A stretch of 64,000 bases of DNA from Dehalococcoidia bacterium (GCA_965207865.1 CBDBNP010000005.1:112055-176054), one strand, 5' to 3'. Shown: positions 1-9,842, numbered from the stretch's first letter. The notes: generated from the letters alone by a model not told the origin. Program-made: numbers and translations.

Positions 1-1013
1 GGCGTCCGGTAGGCGCCAGCCAGCCGGGCCACGCCCGCTACAACTTCGGACGGGCTCTTGACCTTGGCGTGCCGGGCTTCTTCGGAACGGAAAAACTCGG
101 AGGTGAAGATGGTCCGCATTGCCGAGCGCACATCTCCCCTGGTGCGTCGCAGGTCCTCGGCAATAATCTGCGTGGCCGCCTCGTTGGGCTGGTCGGAAAC
201 GAAGAAGCTGTACAGCTTGCCGGCCAGGAACCAGCTGCTGGCGGGATGGCCGCAGATGATGTCCAGAACATCCTCGCCGTTGAAGCGCCCGGTCTGGCCC
301 AGGAAAGTCTTGGGGCTGTCGTCGTGGTCCTCCGGGCGATACTCGAACTGCCAGTCGAGACGCCCGTGCGGCCAGATGGAGTCGCGGGATGCCCTGACGC
401 TCATGTAGTCCTGGTTGGCGATGGTCCAGCCAGTGAAGGCGCGGGCCGCGGCCTTGACGTCGTCCTCGCTGTAAGTGCCGATGCCCATGGAGAATAGTTC
501 AAGCAATTCGCGCCCATAGTTCTCGTTGGGAGCATCCTTGTGGTTGTCCTTGTTGTCCAGCCAGAAAATCATCGCAGGATCTCGGGACAACTCTGAAAGC
601 AGGTTCCGGAACGTGCCGAGACCGTGGCGCCGGAAGGTGTTGGTCTGGTTGACCACCGCCTTGGCGTGATTGAGCTTACCGTAAGCAGTTGCGAAGAGCC
701 CGTGCCAGAACAGGGCGATCTTTTCCTCGAAGGGCCGCTTGGAATTGATCATCCGATACAGCCAGTATGACTGGGAACTCTCAATGAGCATCAGGCTGTT
801 CTGGTCGACGTGATAGCGGCGAGTCAGGGAGTCATCCCACGCCGGAGCCTCCTCGGGGTGCAGCAGCCTCTCCACCGTCTGTTCGTAGCCGTCCTCAACG
901 CATGCTTCCAGTTCCTCGAAGGTGGCGCCAAATCCGGCCCTGCGCATCAGGTGGGCCATCAGGGAGAGTTCCTCGCTGGCCCGATCTTGCGAAACTGCAC
1001 CAATAAGCGTCAT
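1..1013 (-). CDS. DUF1800 family protein (runs off the window start; 3' end not seen)
   Basis: Manual translation from ATG at 1013: MTLIGAVSQDRASEELSLMAHLMRRAGFGAT...EKIALFWHGLFAT...DPAMIFWLDN..N....PNENYGRELLELFSMG, typical of DUF1800. Not in the ORF track because the stop lies outside the window. Confidence 0.85.
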   Translation of the reverse strand, partial: MTLIGAVSQDRASEELSLMAHLMRRAGFGATFEELEACVEDGYEQTVERLLHPEEAPAWDDSLTRRYHVDQNSLMLIESSQSYWLYRMINSKRPFEEKIALFWHGLFATAYGKLNHAKAVVNQTNTFRRHGLGTFRNLLSELSRDPAMIFWLDNKDNHKDAPNENYGRELLELFSMGIGTYSEDDVKAAARAFTGWTIANQDYMSVRASRDSIWPHGRLDWQFEYRPEDHDDSPKTFLGQTGRFNGEDVLDIICGHPASSWFLAGKLYSFFVSDQPNEAATQIIAEDLRRTRGDVRSAMRTIFTSEFFRSEEARHAKVKSPSEVVAGVARLAGAYRT

Positions 1014-1227
1014 CGGATGCTCCTCCCAATTGCCTCGATGGGTCCATTTCGGCAGGCCGCAACAGGGTATTCCCCGGCACACCACAGAGCCATCGACTTA
1101 AATTCGTTCCGATTGACGGTAGTATATCACTGAAGAAACCGGCGAGGGCTCGAATTTCAGACGCCTTGCAATTGCAGAGAACCGCACCATAACATGTTGC
1201 GGATCGTCCCGAGATTCAACTGCGGGG

Positions 1228-1875
1228 GTGGCCACTTTGCGTCAGAGCGCCGTATCCTTCCAGACCGCCGGGCTAACCTTTGAGGGTGTGGTCGCCCAGC
1301 CTGATGCAGAGGGTGGACCGTGGCCGGGCGTGGTCATCTGCCATCCCCATCCTCTGCATGGGGGATCCATGCACAACAACGTCGTGATGGCGCTGGCTCT
1401 CGGGCTTGCCGAGGAAGGTTTCGTGACGCTCCGCTTCAACTTCCGGGGAGTCGGCGAGAGCGAGGGAAAGCACGGTCAGGGTGAGAACGAATATGAGGAA
1501 GTGCTGGGCGCACTGGACCTGATCAAGGCTTGGCCTGATACGGAGGGGAAAACTGGGCTGGTGGGTTACTCTTTCGGATCCGGCGTGATCTTGCGCCACG
1601 AGACGCTGTATCAGGAAGCCGACGCCGTGGCCCTCGTTTCGCCGGGGCTGCGATACATTACCGACAGCCCGCTCAAGTCCCAGGATCTGCCCGCTATGAT
1701 TGTCGCAGGGGACCGGGACAGGCTTGTGGACCAGGAACTGCTGACCGCCGAGCTGAAGACTTTCCAGCAGGAACCGGAATGCCAGGTCTTCGAAGGAGTC
1801 GACCATTTCTGGTATGGCCAGGAAGGTCGGTTGGTGCCGGAGGTAGTCCGGTTCTTCCAAGATCGGCTGAAATAG
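1228..1875 (+). CDS. alpha/beta fold hydrolase
   Basis: HPHPLHGGSMHNNVV, RFNFRGVGES, nucleophile elbow GYSFG, GDRD and DHF catalytic positions. Confidence 0.85.
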   Translation: MATLRQSAVSFQTAGLTFEGVVAQPDAEGGPWPGVVICHPHPLHGGSMHNNVVMALALGLAEEGFVTLRFNFRGVGESEGKHGQGENEYEEVLGALDLIKAWPDTEGKTGLVGYSFGSGVILRHETLYQEADAVALVSPGLRYITDSPLKSQDLPAMIVAGDRDRLVDQELLTAELKTFQQEPECQVFEGVDHFWYGQEGRLVPEVVRFFQDRLK

Positions 1876-1965
1876 ATCTCTGATGCCGCTTTCAACAGTT
1901 AACGTTTCCCATTCATTCTGCAACGGGTTCAGCGCAGATTCCTCTCTGAACAGTTCCCGCCATAG

Positions 1966-2649
1966 ATGAGCACCCGCATTTTCAAGGGGTGGTTCGCTGG
2001 TGCGGAGCCGGTTCAGGCTACAGGTGACCGCAAACGAGCGCCGATATATCGAGACCTGCTCCTGATCCAACTCGCGGTGTTTGTCTTTCTGGCGGACCAG
2101 TTCTCCAAGTACCTGGTCACGGAATCACTGCTCCGGTATGAGTCCTTCCCCAGAGAGGGCTTTCTCCGCATCACGCATACCTTCAACACCGGCAGCATTT
2201 TCGGGCTGTTCCAGGGACAGAACACTCCGCTGATACTTGTCTCGTTCATCGGCGTGGCGGTCCTGATCCTCCTCTACAGAACACAGAGGTACCCCACGGG
2301 CCTGCTGCGGCTCAGCCTCGGACTGCAGCTGGGGGGCGCTTTCGGCAACCTGGTCGACCGCGTCCGACTGGGGCACGTGATTGACTGGGTGGACGTTGGT
2401 CCCTGGCCGATATTCAACGTGGCGGATGCGTCCATCGTCACTGGTCTGGTCCTCCTGGCGTGGCTGTTCATAGTCGCCGAGCGCTCATCCAGGGAAACAG
2501 CTGCGCAGGATTTCCGGGCCGAAGACTGCCCGGTGTGCGCGGGATCTATGCGAACCCTGCCGCAGGGCGGTTGGCGTTGCTCCACCTGTGGCGTTCGCGA
2601 GCGGATTCTGCCATCCGCATCCATCAAGCCAGGCGAACGACCGCGATGA
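1966..2649 (+). CDS. lspA: lipoprotein signal peptidase II with C-terminal CxxC...CxxC extension
   Basis: DQFSK, NTGSIFG, GAFGNLVDR, VIDW, FNVAD motifs; immediately upstream of an RluA-family gene, the usual lspA-rluD linkage. Confidence 0.92.
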   Translation: MSTRIFKGWFAGAEPVQATGDRKRAPIYRDLLLIQLAVFVFLADQFSKYLVTESLLRYESFPREGFLRITHTFNTGSIFGLFQGQNTPLILVSFIGVAVLILLYRTQRYPTGLLRLSLGLQLGGAFGNLVDRVRLGHVIDWVDVGPWPIFNVADASIVTGLVLLAWLFIVAERSSRETAAQDFRAEDCPVCAGSMRTLPQGGWRCSTCGVRERILPSASIKPGERPR

Positions 2650-3593
2650 TCTCCGCCGATTCGCTTTCCGGTGAGGTCAGGGTGCTGGAGGTCGAATCCG
2701 GAGACACCGGTTGCCGGGTCGACCAGTTCCTGGCACAAACGAACCTGGGTCTCACCCGCAGTAGGCTCCGGCAGCTGATCGCCGACGGAAACGTCCTGGT
2801 CAATGGGACAGTGGCCAAACCCGCCCACCGCCTGCGGACCGGCGACATAGTCTCCGTTTCCATACCGGCGCCCCGACCATCCGGCGTGGTAGCTCAGGAC
2901 ATTCCGCTTGCCGTGGTCTACCAGGACGAGGAATTGGTTGTAATAGACAAGCCTGCCGGTCTCTCCGTACACCCCGGACCGGGCCATCCGGACCGGACGC
3001 TGGTCAATGGGCTGCTGGCGCTGTGCCCTGACATCCAGGGAATCGGCGGCGAAATCCGCCCCGGAATAGTGCATCGCCTGGACAAGAACACCTCGGGGCT
3101 GATGATTGCCGCCAAGACCCAGAACGCGCACGTCCGGTTGTCGCAACAGATAAAGGATCGCGAAGTATCCAAGGGTTATCTGGCGTTGGTGGAGGGCACT
3201 CCATCACCCGAATCGGGGCTGATAGACGTGCCCATCGGGCGGGACCCGCGCCGCCGCACCAGGATGGCCGTCGTTCCCGAGGGACGCGAAAGCCGTACCG
3301 GTTACCAGGTGATCGAGCACGCCGGCGCCCACAGCCTGCTGGAACTGCAATTGCACACCGGACGGACCCACCAGGCCCGGGTGCACCTGGCCTGGCTGGG
3401 ACACCCACTGCTGGGAGACGCCGTCTATGGCCGTCGCAGTCCACTGCTGTCCAGGCACTTTCTCCATGCCCACAGCCTGGCGTTTGCGCACCCATCCTCG
3501 GGTGAGCCGATGCAGTTTCGGTCTGAACTTCCAGACGACCTGGAGGCCACGCTGGAGTCAGTCCGGGCCGCTGGAAACCAGACTAGCGCCTGA
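2646..3593 (+). CDS. rluD: RluA/RluD family pseudouridine synthase
   Basis: N-terminal S4-like domain, DKPAGL, HRLDKNTSGL catalytic motif, TGRTHQ.R.H, GDAVYG; start placed at ATG 2646 overlapping the lspA stop. Confidence 0.92.
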   Translation: MISADSLSGEVRVLEVESGDTGCRVDQFLAQTNLGLTRSRLRQLIADGNVLVNGTVAKPAHRLRTGDIVSVSIPAPRPSGVVAQDIPLAVVYQDEELVVIDKPAGLSVHPGPGHPDRTLVNGLLALCPDIQGIGGEIRPGIVHRLDKNTSGLMIAAKTQNAHVRLSQQIKDREVSKGYLALVEGTPSPESGLIDVPIGRDPRRRTRMAVVPEGRESRTGYQVIEHAGAHSLLELQLHTGRTHQARVHLAWLGHPLLGDAVYGRRSPLLSRHFLHAHSLAFAHPSSGEPMQFRSELPDDLEATLESVRAAGNQTSA

Positions 3594-3671
3594 GAATATA
3601 AACGACGGTACAGATGACACCCGCCCCGCCGCTTTACGTCCTGACAAAGCCGAACAGTGTCCTGCAGCGGG

Positions 3672-5222
3672 CTACTTGCCTTCCTTGATCCAGTCAGACA
3701 CCTTCTCGGCAATCATGATGGTCGTGCCGTTGGTGTTGGCACGAATGACGTCGGGCATCACCGAGGCGTCGATCACTCGAAGGCCTTCCAGACCATGCAC
3801 TCTGCAGTACTGGTCGACCACGGCCATGGGGTCCGAGACGGGGCCCATCTTGCAGGTGCCAGCGATGTGATGCTGGGTGTAGGTATTTCGGAGTATCCAG
3901 CTGTCCAGGGTTTCATCCGACTCAAAGTCCGCTCGCGTCGGATTCAGCATCTCCGCTATGTGCGAGGCCATGGTCGGGTGCTCTGCAATACGGACCGCCG
4001 TCCTCATGGCCTCCCGCATTCGTTCCCGGTCATATTCCGCCGAGAACAGCTGGTAGTCCAGGCGTGGCTGCACGTGGGGGTCGGCGCTGGCGAGAGTGAT
4101 CTCACCGGCCGATGTCGCGTTCTGCAAACCGACGCTGAGGCCCCAGTGAAACTCGTCCCCATCGTACGAGACACTGGCCGGACGGTGCTCGCTGGTCATC
4201 AGTGTCGGCGTGATCTGGAAATCGGCCCTGGTGGGAGACCCCGGGGTGCTGAACCGCAGACCAACCTGGATCGTGGGCGTTTCCACGTCGGCGGGGTCTC
4301 CGTACCCGCGAAAGACCATGTATGCCGCCGGGTGGTCGCAGAAATTCTTCCCCACGCCGGGCAGGTCGTGGACGGAGGCAATGCCGTGCTGGGCCAGTTC
4401 ATCCTTGGGACCGACGCCGGAAAGCAACAGCGCCTGGCATGACCCGATGGTGCCGCCGCTGAGAATGACCTGGTCCCCCTCGACGCTGAACACTTCTCCG
4501 CCGCTCTCTGCCTGCACGCCAACGGCCTTGTTGCCTTCAAACAGGACGCGATGCACGGTGACGTCGCCACGGACGGTGAGGTTCAGCCGGTGTCGCCCCT
4601 GCGACAGGTAGGTGAGCGCGGTGCTCATTCGCACCCCGTCAATATTGTTCAGCGGACGAACACCAATGCCGTTGGAGTCCGGCGAATTCTGGTCCGGGTC
4701 CTCAGGGAATCCAACACCGACACAGGCATCATAGAAAGCAGTGGATACCGGGATCCATTCCTCCTTCTTGAACCGCCTGATGGGGAGCGGCCCCTCGTTG
4801 CCGTGGAAGTCGTCGCCCGGGTGGTCCCAGTCGTTTTCCATCTTGCGGAAATAGGGCAGGCAACTGGTGAAGGCCCATTCGTCGTTGCCCAGGGAGGCCC
4901 AGTTGTCGTAGTCCTCCGGCACGCCGCGGAAAATCACCTGGCCGTTGATGGCGCTGGAGCCGCCAGTGGCCTTGCCTCTCGGAATGATCATTGGCTCGGA
5001 CTGGGTGGAGTTGGCGATGCCCCGAAAGTCCCAGCTATGGGGACCATAGGCCGAGCGCCAGACGTTGTACCCGCGTTTCAGGTCATCCGGCAAGTGCTCG
5101 AACTCGGGATAATCGGGGCCTGCCTCCAGGAGTAGCACCGACTTGTCCGGATCCTCGGAAAGGCGCGTTGCAACCACGCAGCCTGCCGACCCGCCACCCA
5201 CAACGATGTAGTCATATTTCAT
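3672..5222 (-). CDS. GMC family oxidoreductase (choline dehydrogenase-like)
   Basis: YDYIVVGGGSAG FAD motif, RGKATGGSSAING, HHIAGTCKMG, GLRVIDASVMP, ANTN; divergent from a betaine ABC transporter. Confidence 0.88.
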   Translation of the reverse strand: MKYDYIVVGGGSAGCVVATRLSEDPDKSVLLLEAGPDYPEFEHLPDDLKRGYNVWRSAYGPHSWDFRGIANSTQSEPMIIPRGKATGGSSAINGQVIFRGVPEDYDNWASLGNDEWAFTSCLPYFRKMENDWDHPGDDFHGNEGPLPIRRFKKEEWIPVSTAFYDACVGVGFPEDPDQNSPDSNGIGVRPLNNIDGVRMSTALTYLSQGRHRLNLTVRGDVTVHRVLFEGNKAVGVQAESGGEVFSVEGDQVILSGGTIGSCQALLLSGVGPKDELAQHGIASVHDLPGVGKNFCDHPAAYMVFRGYGDPADVETPTIQVGLRFSTPGSPTRADFQITPTLMTSEHRPASVSYDGDEFHWGLSVGLQNATSAGEITLASADPHVQPRLDYQLFSAEYDRERMREAMRTAVRIAEHPTMASHIAEMLNPTRADFESDETLDSWILRNTYTQHHIAGTCKMGPVSDPMAVVDQYCRVHGLEGLRVIDASVMPDVIRANTNGTTIMIAEKVSDWIKEGK

Positions 5223-5604
5223 TTCTCTGCCTCCAGATCAATCAACCTGTGAATATGAATATTGTTCGCCGTACCTCCGGCGGAAATCGCCGCTATTATA
5301 AATGCCCGGGCAATCTATGATGCGGAACACGGTTCTTCAGCGCCATACATATTCCTGAAAGCACAGGCGAACTGCCCAACCGGGCGCTGCCGGCAACATT
5401 TGGCCCTGGTTAATTCAGCTCTCTGGATCGCGCTCAGAATAACCTTGGCGCATTATGTAAAGGCCTTTTTCTACCAGGCTGTAGCGATGCTGCATTTGTT
5501 GACAAACCTGATTCAGTTCCCTAACGTTAGGCATCTTGCATAGCGGTCTAGGATCAGCCGAGGTCAGGCGCGCCAAATACGCGTCAGCCGCGAGGGGCAC
5601 CGTC

Positions 5605-6942
5605 ATGGCTACTACACACGAAGACGTCAGCACCGAAGTCCAAGCGCTGCAATTGAACGAACCCGGCATGGATGGGCCCATCATCAAGGTGGATTCCGTC
5701 TGGAAGGTATTCGGAAGGAATCCGGACAGGGCCCTTAGCCCGGAGCACTCGGGCAAGAGCAAGGGTGAACTGCAGGCGGAACTGGGTGTCGTCATCGGCC
5801 TCAGCGGCGTGTCCTTTGAAGTCCAGAAAGGCGAGACTTTCGTGATCATGGGGCTGTCTGGAAGCGGTAAATCAACCATGGTCCGGTGCCTCGTGCGGCT
5901 GATTGAACCTACCGGCGGAAGCATTGTCATTGACGGAAACGACATCACTGCCATGGATGACAGAGAGTTGATGGAGTTCCGGCGCGACAAGCTTGCCATG
6001 GTGTTCCAGCACTACGGGCTCATGCCGCATCGCAACGTACTGGACAACGCCGCGTGGGGGCTTGAGGTTCAGGGAGTACCGGAGGCCGCACGTCGGGAAC
6101 GCACCCGCGAAGTCCTCGATATGGTGGGCCTGGGGGGCTGGGAAAACGCCTATCCCAGGCAACTGTCCGGCGGTATGCAGCAAAGGGTGGGCTTGGCCAG
6201 GGCCCTCGTAGTTGGCACCGACATCTTGCTTATGGACGAACCATTCAGCGGGTTGGACCCCCTGATTCGCCGCCAGATGCAGGACGAGTTGCTGCGTCTC
6301 CAGGACGAGCTTCAGAAAACCATAGTTTTCATCACTCACGACCTCAACGAGGCGCTGAAGCTGGGAAGCCGCATTGCCATCATGCAGGATGGTCTCGTAG
6401 TGCAAATCGGCTCTCCCGAGGATATTGTGCTCCGGCCTGAAGACCAGTACGTCGGTGATTTCACCCAGGACGTGAGACTGGAGGGCGTGCTTACCGCGGC
6501 CAAAGTCATGGTCCCGCCCAAGGCTGTGGTGCTGGGCCACCAGGGACCACGCGCGGCGCTGCACACCATCGGCGAAAGCGATGGAGACGCGGCTTGGATC
6601 GTTGATCGCACACAGCGCTACATCGGAATTCTGACCATCTCCAAGGCCAATGAGGCGCTCAGGGCCGGAATCAACCGGCTGGATCTTGGCTTGGGATACG
6701 TCGACCAGGAGTACGCTCCGGTCAGCGCCATCACGACCTTCAATGAGCTGATCCCCCGTGCCATGGTCAGCGACCATCCGCTCCCCGTTACCGACGGCAA
6801 CAACCGACTCATCGGCGAGATTCACCGAGGCGCCCTGGCTGAGGCCCTGGCCGAAACGTCCACCGCAGACCCCGACTACGAAGCCAACGCCGCAGCCAAT
6901 GCAGCGCTGGCGGCCGAGGTGCATCCAGAGCAGACGCCATAG
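5605..6942 (+). CDS. proV: glycine betaine/L-proline ABC transporter ATP-binding subunit with C-terminal CBS domains
   Basis: Walker A GLSGSGKST, LSGGMQQRVGLARAL, LLMDEPFSGLDPLIRRQMQDEL, FITHDLNEA. Confidence 0.9.
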   Translation: MATTHEDVSTEVQALQLNEPGMDGPIIKVDSVWKVFGRNPDRALSPEHSGKSKGELQAELGVVIGLSGVSFEVQKGETFVIMGLSGSGKSTMVRCLVRLIEPTGGSIVIDGNDITAMDDRELMEFRRDKLAMVFQHYGLMPHRNVLDNAAWGLEVQGVPEAARRERTREVLDMVGLGGWENAYPRQLSGGMQQRVGLARALVVGTDILLMDEPFSGLDPLIRRQMQDELLRLQDELQKTIVFITHDLNEALKLGSRIAIMQDGLVVQIGSPEDIVLRPEDQYVGDFTQDVRLEGVLTAAKVMVPPKAVVLGHQGPRAALHTIGESDGDAAWIVDRTQRYIGILTISKANEALRAGINRLDLGLGYVDQEYAPVSAITTFNELIPRAMVSDHPLPVTDGNNRLIGEIHRGALAEALAETSTADPDYEANAAANAALAAEVHPEQTP

Positions 6943-6943
6943 T

Positions 6944-6987
6944 CGTACAACAAGCGAGTTTATCAGACGTATAACAAGCGAGTTTAT
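6944..6987 (+). repeat. 20-bp direct repeat, 24-bp period, in the proV-proW spacer
   Basis: CGTACAACAAGCGAGTTTAT (6944-6963) and CGTATAACAAGCGAGTTTAT (6968-6987), one mismatch. Confidence 0.85.
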
Positions 6988-6989
6988 TT

Positions 6990-8000
6990 ATGGCAGTCGA
7001 TTTGAAAAAAATGGCGGGCTGGGTTACCCGAAACGGTGACCAGACCAAAAGCGAAGATCCCAAGAGAGGACGCGGCAAAGTTTCCGCGATTTTTGGAATT
7101 ATTGCGGCGGGGATTTTGGCGTCGCTCCTGATCCACGGTTCCGACATGGAATCGATGATGAAATATCCTGTCAACGTTGGTCCGAACATCACCGGTGGGA
7201 TAGATTCCTTCATTACCTGGGTGATAGTAAATCTGGGATGGTTCTTCGATGCGGTAAGCGACTATTTGAAGATCGCCCTCGGCAAGCTGCGGGACTTCCT
7301 TGTATGGATTCCGTGGCCAGTGATGGTTGCTCTCATATTTGTAACTGGATGGCGGGTAGCCTCATTCGCAGTAGGAGTCGCCTCCGGTATCGGGATGATT
7401 ACCATAGGCATAGTGGGCCTGTGGGAACCCGCGATGATCACTGTCGCGATCATGATTGTCTCAGTGAGCATCGCCGTGGGCGTTGGTGTGCCCCTCGGTG
7501 TAGTTGGTGCCAGGAGTAATACCGCCGACACTCTCATGCGCCCTGTGTTGGATGCCATGCAGACTATGCCCAGCTTCGTTTACCTAGTGCCGGGCATCAT
7601 GCTATTCGGGCTTGGCAATGTTGCCGCAATAATGGCCACCGTCCTGTACGCCATTCCTCCATGTATCCGCTTGACCAACCTGGGGATCAGGCAGGTCGAC
7701 CCGGCGGTGGTGGAAGCAAGCCGCTCATTCGGACCTACTCCGCTCCAGTTGCTTCTGAAAGTGCAGGTCCCTATGGCAGTACCCACCATAATGGCAGGAA
7801 TCAACCAGACAGTGATGATGGCTCTGGCGATGGCTACCATCGCAGCAATGGTGGGAGCGGGAGGCTTGGGTATCGAGGTCCTGCGGTCGATGGGCCAACT
7901 GCAGGAGGGCAAGGCTTTCGTTGCCGGTGCCGCAATTGTGGTGATGGCAATCATCATAGACAGAATCACCCAAGGCTACATTACCTCAAGGGAAAACTAA
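6990..8000 (+). CDS. proW: glycine betaine/L-proline ABC transporter permease
   Basis: RPVLDAMQTMPSFVYLVP, EAA-loop VVEASRSFG, IMAGINQTVMMALAM, IIIDRITQ. Confidence 0.9.
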   Translation: MAVDLKKMAGWVTRNGDQTKSEDPKRGRGKVSAIFGIIAAGILASLLIHGSDMESMMKYPVNVGPNITGGIDSFITWVIVNLGWFFDAVSDYLKIALGKLRDFLVWIPWPVMVALIFVTGWRVASFAVGVASGIGMITIGIVGLWEPAMITVAIMIVSVSIAVGVGVPLGVVGARSNTADTLMRPVLDAMQTMPSFVYLVPGIMLFGLGNVAAIMATVLYAIPPCIRLTNLGIRQVDPAVVEASRSFGPTPLQLLLKVQVPMAVPTIMAGINQTVMMALAMATIAAMVGAGGLGIEVLRSMGQLQEGKAFVAGAAIVVMAIIIDRITQGYITSREN

Positions 8001-8032
8001 CGTACTCAGCTGGAATATCTAATTTCACAGAC

Positions 8033-8063
8033 AGAAGGGGTCCGGCATGGCTGGGCCCCTTCT
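8033..8063 (+). terminator. putative intrinsic terminator after proW
   Basis: 14-bp stem AGAAGGGGTCCGGC-ATG-GCTGGGCCCCTTCT (two GU pairs) 33 bp after the stop. Confidence 0.6.
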
Positions 8064-8529
8064 TCATTCCGCGTTTCTTTGAGAGACCATCAACCCTACC
8101 CCGACCCCTGTGTTGTAGCGACTGGGAGACGGGTTTAGGTGGCCTTTCCTCTGGGTAAGTGAGGGGGCCGCCAGACCAACTCTATCTGGATGGCCAGGGC
8201 CGAAGAGAAAAAGCTCCTCACTGCGCTGCCCTCTTTTACAAACTTCATTCGCCTGCCACTGGGTATCTCAATCTGAGCTGGCAGGTGGAGAGACTGAGAG
8301 ACCGGTAGTTGAAGGCCCGTCTCCCATTTAATAAAAGTGTACCCGGCCTCCTGAATCTAAACTGAAGCCAAGGTGCAATGCGCATAGCTCCCTCTCCCTC
8401 CGGGGGGTTAGTGTGGAGGCGTCCCTACCGTGGCTGGAGAAAAGCCACCCGCGTCGAGCCAACCTGGCTGTAGCACGAAAATATGTACATCCTACTTTGG
8501 CCTTGGTTTGGACGGTCAAGACCATAGAG

Positions 8530-8556
8530 AAGGGGCCCCGCAATGCGGGGCCCCTT
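8530..8556 (-). terminator. putative intrinsic terminator after proX
   Basis: Perfect 12-bp stem AAGGGGCCCCGC-AAT-GCGGGGCCCCTT just downstream of the proX stop. Confidence 0.65.
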
Positions 8557-8588
8557 GTTGGATAGACGACTTGTATTTCGAGTTGGGC

Positions 8589-9842
8589 CTATTCTGCCGC
8601 GAGGGCAGCCTCGACATTGGCCACCACGTCTTCCGGCACCCAGTCCTTCCAGATATCGTTGTTTTTCAGGAACCAGGCTGCCGTAGCTTCCCGGGCCTCC
8701 TCGTCCGATGTGTAACTGTCTTTGTTATCGGTGTACCAAGTTTCGGCGGCCCCCTGCTGGGCCAAGGCCCATTCCCAGTTCCTGAAGAAGGGGATCAGGT
8801 CAGAGGCAACCGCCGCAGTTTCCGTATTCATCGCCACGAGGATCTCGGCGGTAGGGAACTCACAACCAAACTTGGGGTCGTTGTCTGGGCACTCTGACGG
8901 ATCAGGCTGATCCAGAACCCGCATATCCAGCGAGTCTGCCAACTGGGTCGGACCCCAATAGTAGAACAGGACAGGTTCTTCCTTAAGATAGGCGCCCTCG
9001 ATCGCTGCGTTCAGGGCACCTGTCGTGCCGGGATCCCTGAGTTCGACTATATCGCTGAGACCATAGGCCTCGATCTGACCTTCATTCACAGCACGGCATG
9101 CCCATCCTGCTAGACAACCAATGAGGACCGCCTTTCCTCCGCTATCAGCTTGAGCAAACAAAGCTTGGACATCAGGGTTTTTGAGGTCTTCCACAGAATC
9201 TAGTTCGGGGTTGGCGTCCTGTAGATAACCTGGAACTATGAAGGTGCTTTGCCAGTTATCTGGCAAACTCTTGCCTACCGAAATCACTTCACCTAGCTTG
9301 ATCGCTTCGTTCCAGGCATCGATTTGATTGGGCAGCCAGATCTCCATGGTGATATCAATGTCGCCCCTCCTCAAACCCTGGAAAAGCGGCACCGTGTCGC
9401 CTTCGATCTCGCTAGTCGGATAGCCGTAGCCATTCTCTACGATGTAGCGAGCCACGCCGTTTTGCACTAGAGCGCTCTGCCAACTAAGACCGGCGAAAAC
9501 CAACTCTGGCCTATCACGTTCCGCCTCTACCTCGACGATCTTGGTAACCTCAACCTCTTCGGTTACCACGACTTCCTCGGTGACGATCTTAGTCACCTCA
9601 ACTGTCTCGGTAATTGTCTCAGTAACAGTTACCTCTTCAGAAACGACCCTGGTAACCTCAACGGGAACCTCTACCTCCTCGGTGATGATCTTGGTAACTT
9701 CGACTACCTGTGGTTCGGCCGGTTCCGTCGTGGTATCGCCGCCGCAGGCGATGGCAGCAAAAACGACCGCCATTGACATGAGAACTATCCACGGGATCTT
9801 CCCGTATTTAACCAACAAATCGATTACCTCCATGACGTGCAA
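8589..9842 (-). CDS. proX: glycine betaine ABC transporter substrate-binding lipoprotein
   Basis: Lipobox-like AIACG, Val/Glu/Thr-repeat linker, then W.S, GDIDITMEIWLPN, GC..GW.C, FYYWGP typical of ProX/OpuAC. Confidence 0.85.
   Translation of the reverse strand: MHVMEVIDLLVKYGKIPWIVLMSMAVVFAAIACGGDTTTEPAEPQVVEVTKIITEEVEVPVEVTRVVSEEVTVTETITETVEVTKIVTEEVVVTEEVEVTKIVEVEAERDRPELVFAGLSWQSALVQNGVARYIVENGYGYPTSEIEGDTVPLFQGLRRGDIDITMEIWLPNQIDAWNEAIKLGEVISVGKSLPDNWQSTFIVPGYLQDANPELDSVEDLKNPDVQALFAQADSGGKAVLIGCLAGWACRAVNEGQIEAYGLSDIVELRDPGTTGALNAAIEGAYLKEEPVLFYYWGPTQLADSLDMRVLDQPDPSECPDNDPKFGCEFPTAEILVAMNTETAAVASDLIPFFRNWEWALAQQGAAETWYTDNKDSYTSDEEAREATAAWFLKNNDIWKDWVPEDVVANVEAALAAE

Noticed and set aside
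6944-6987. Possible mini CRISPR array
   Set aside because: Only two units with a 4-nt gap, no spacers and no cas genes; kept as a simple direct repeat
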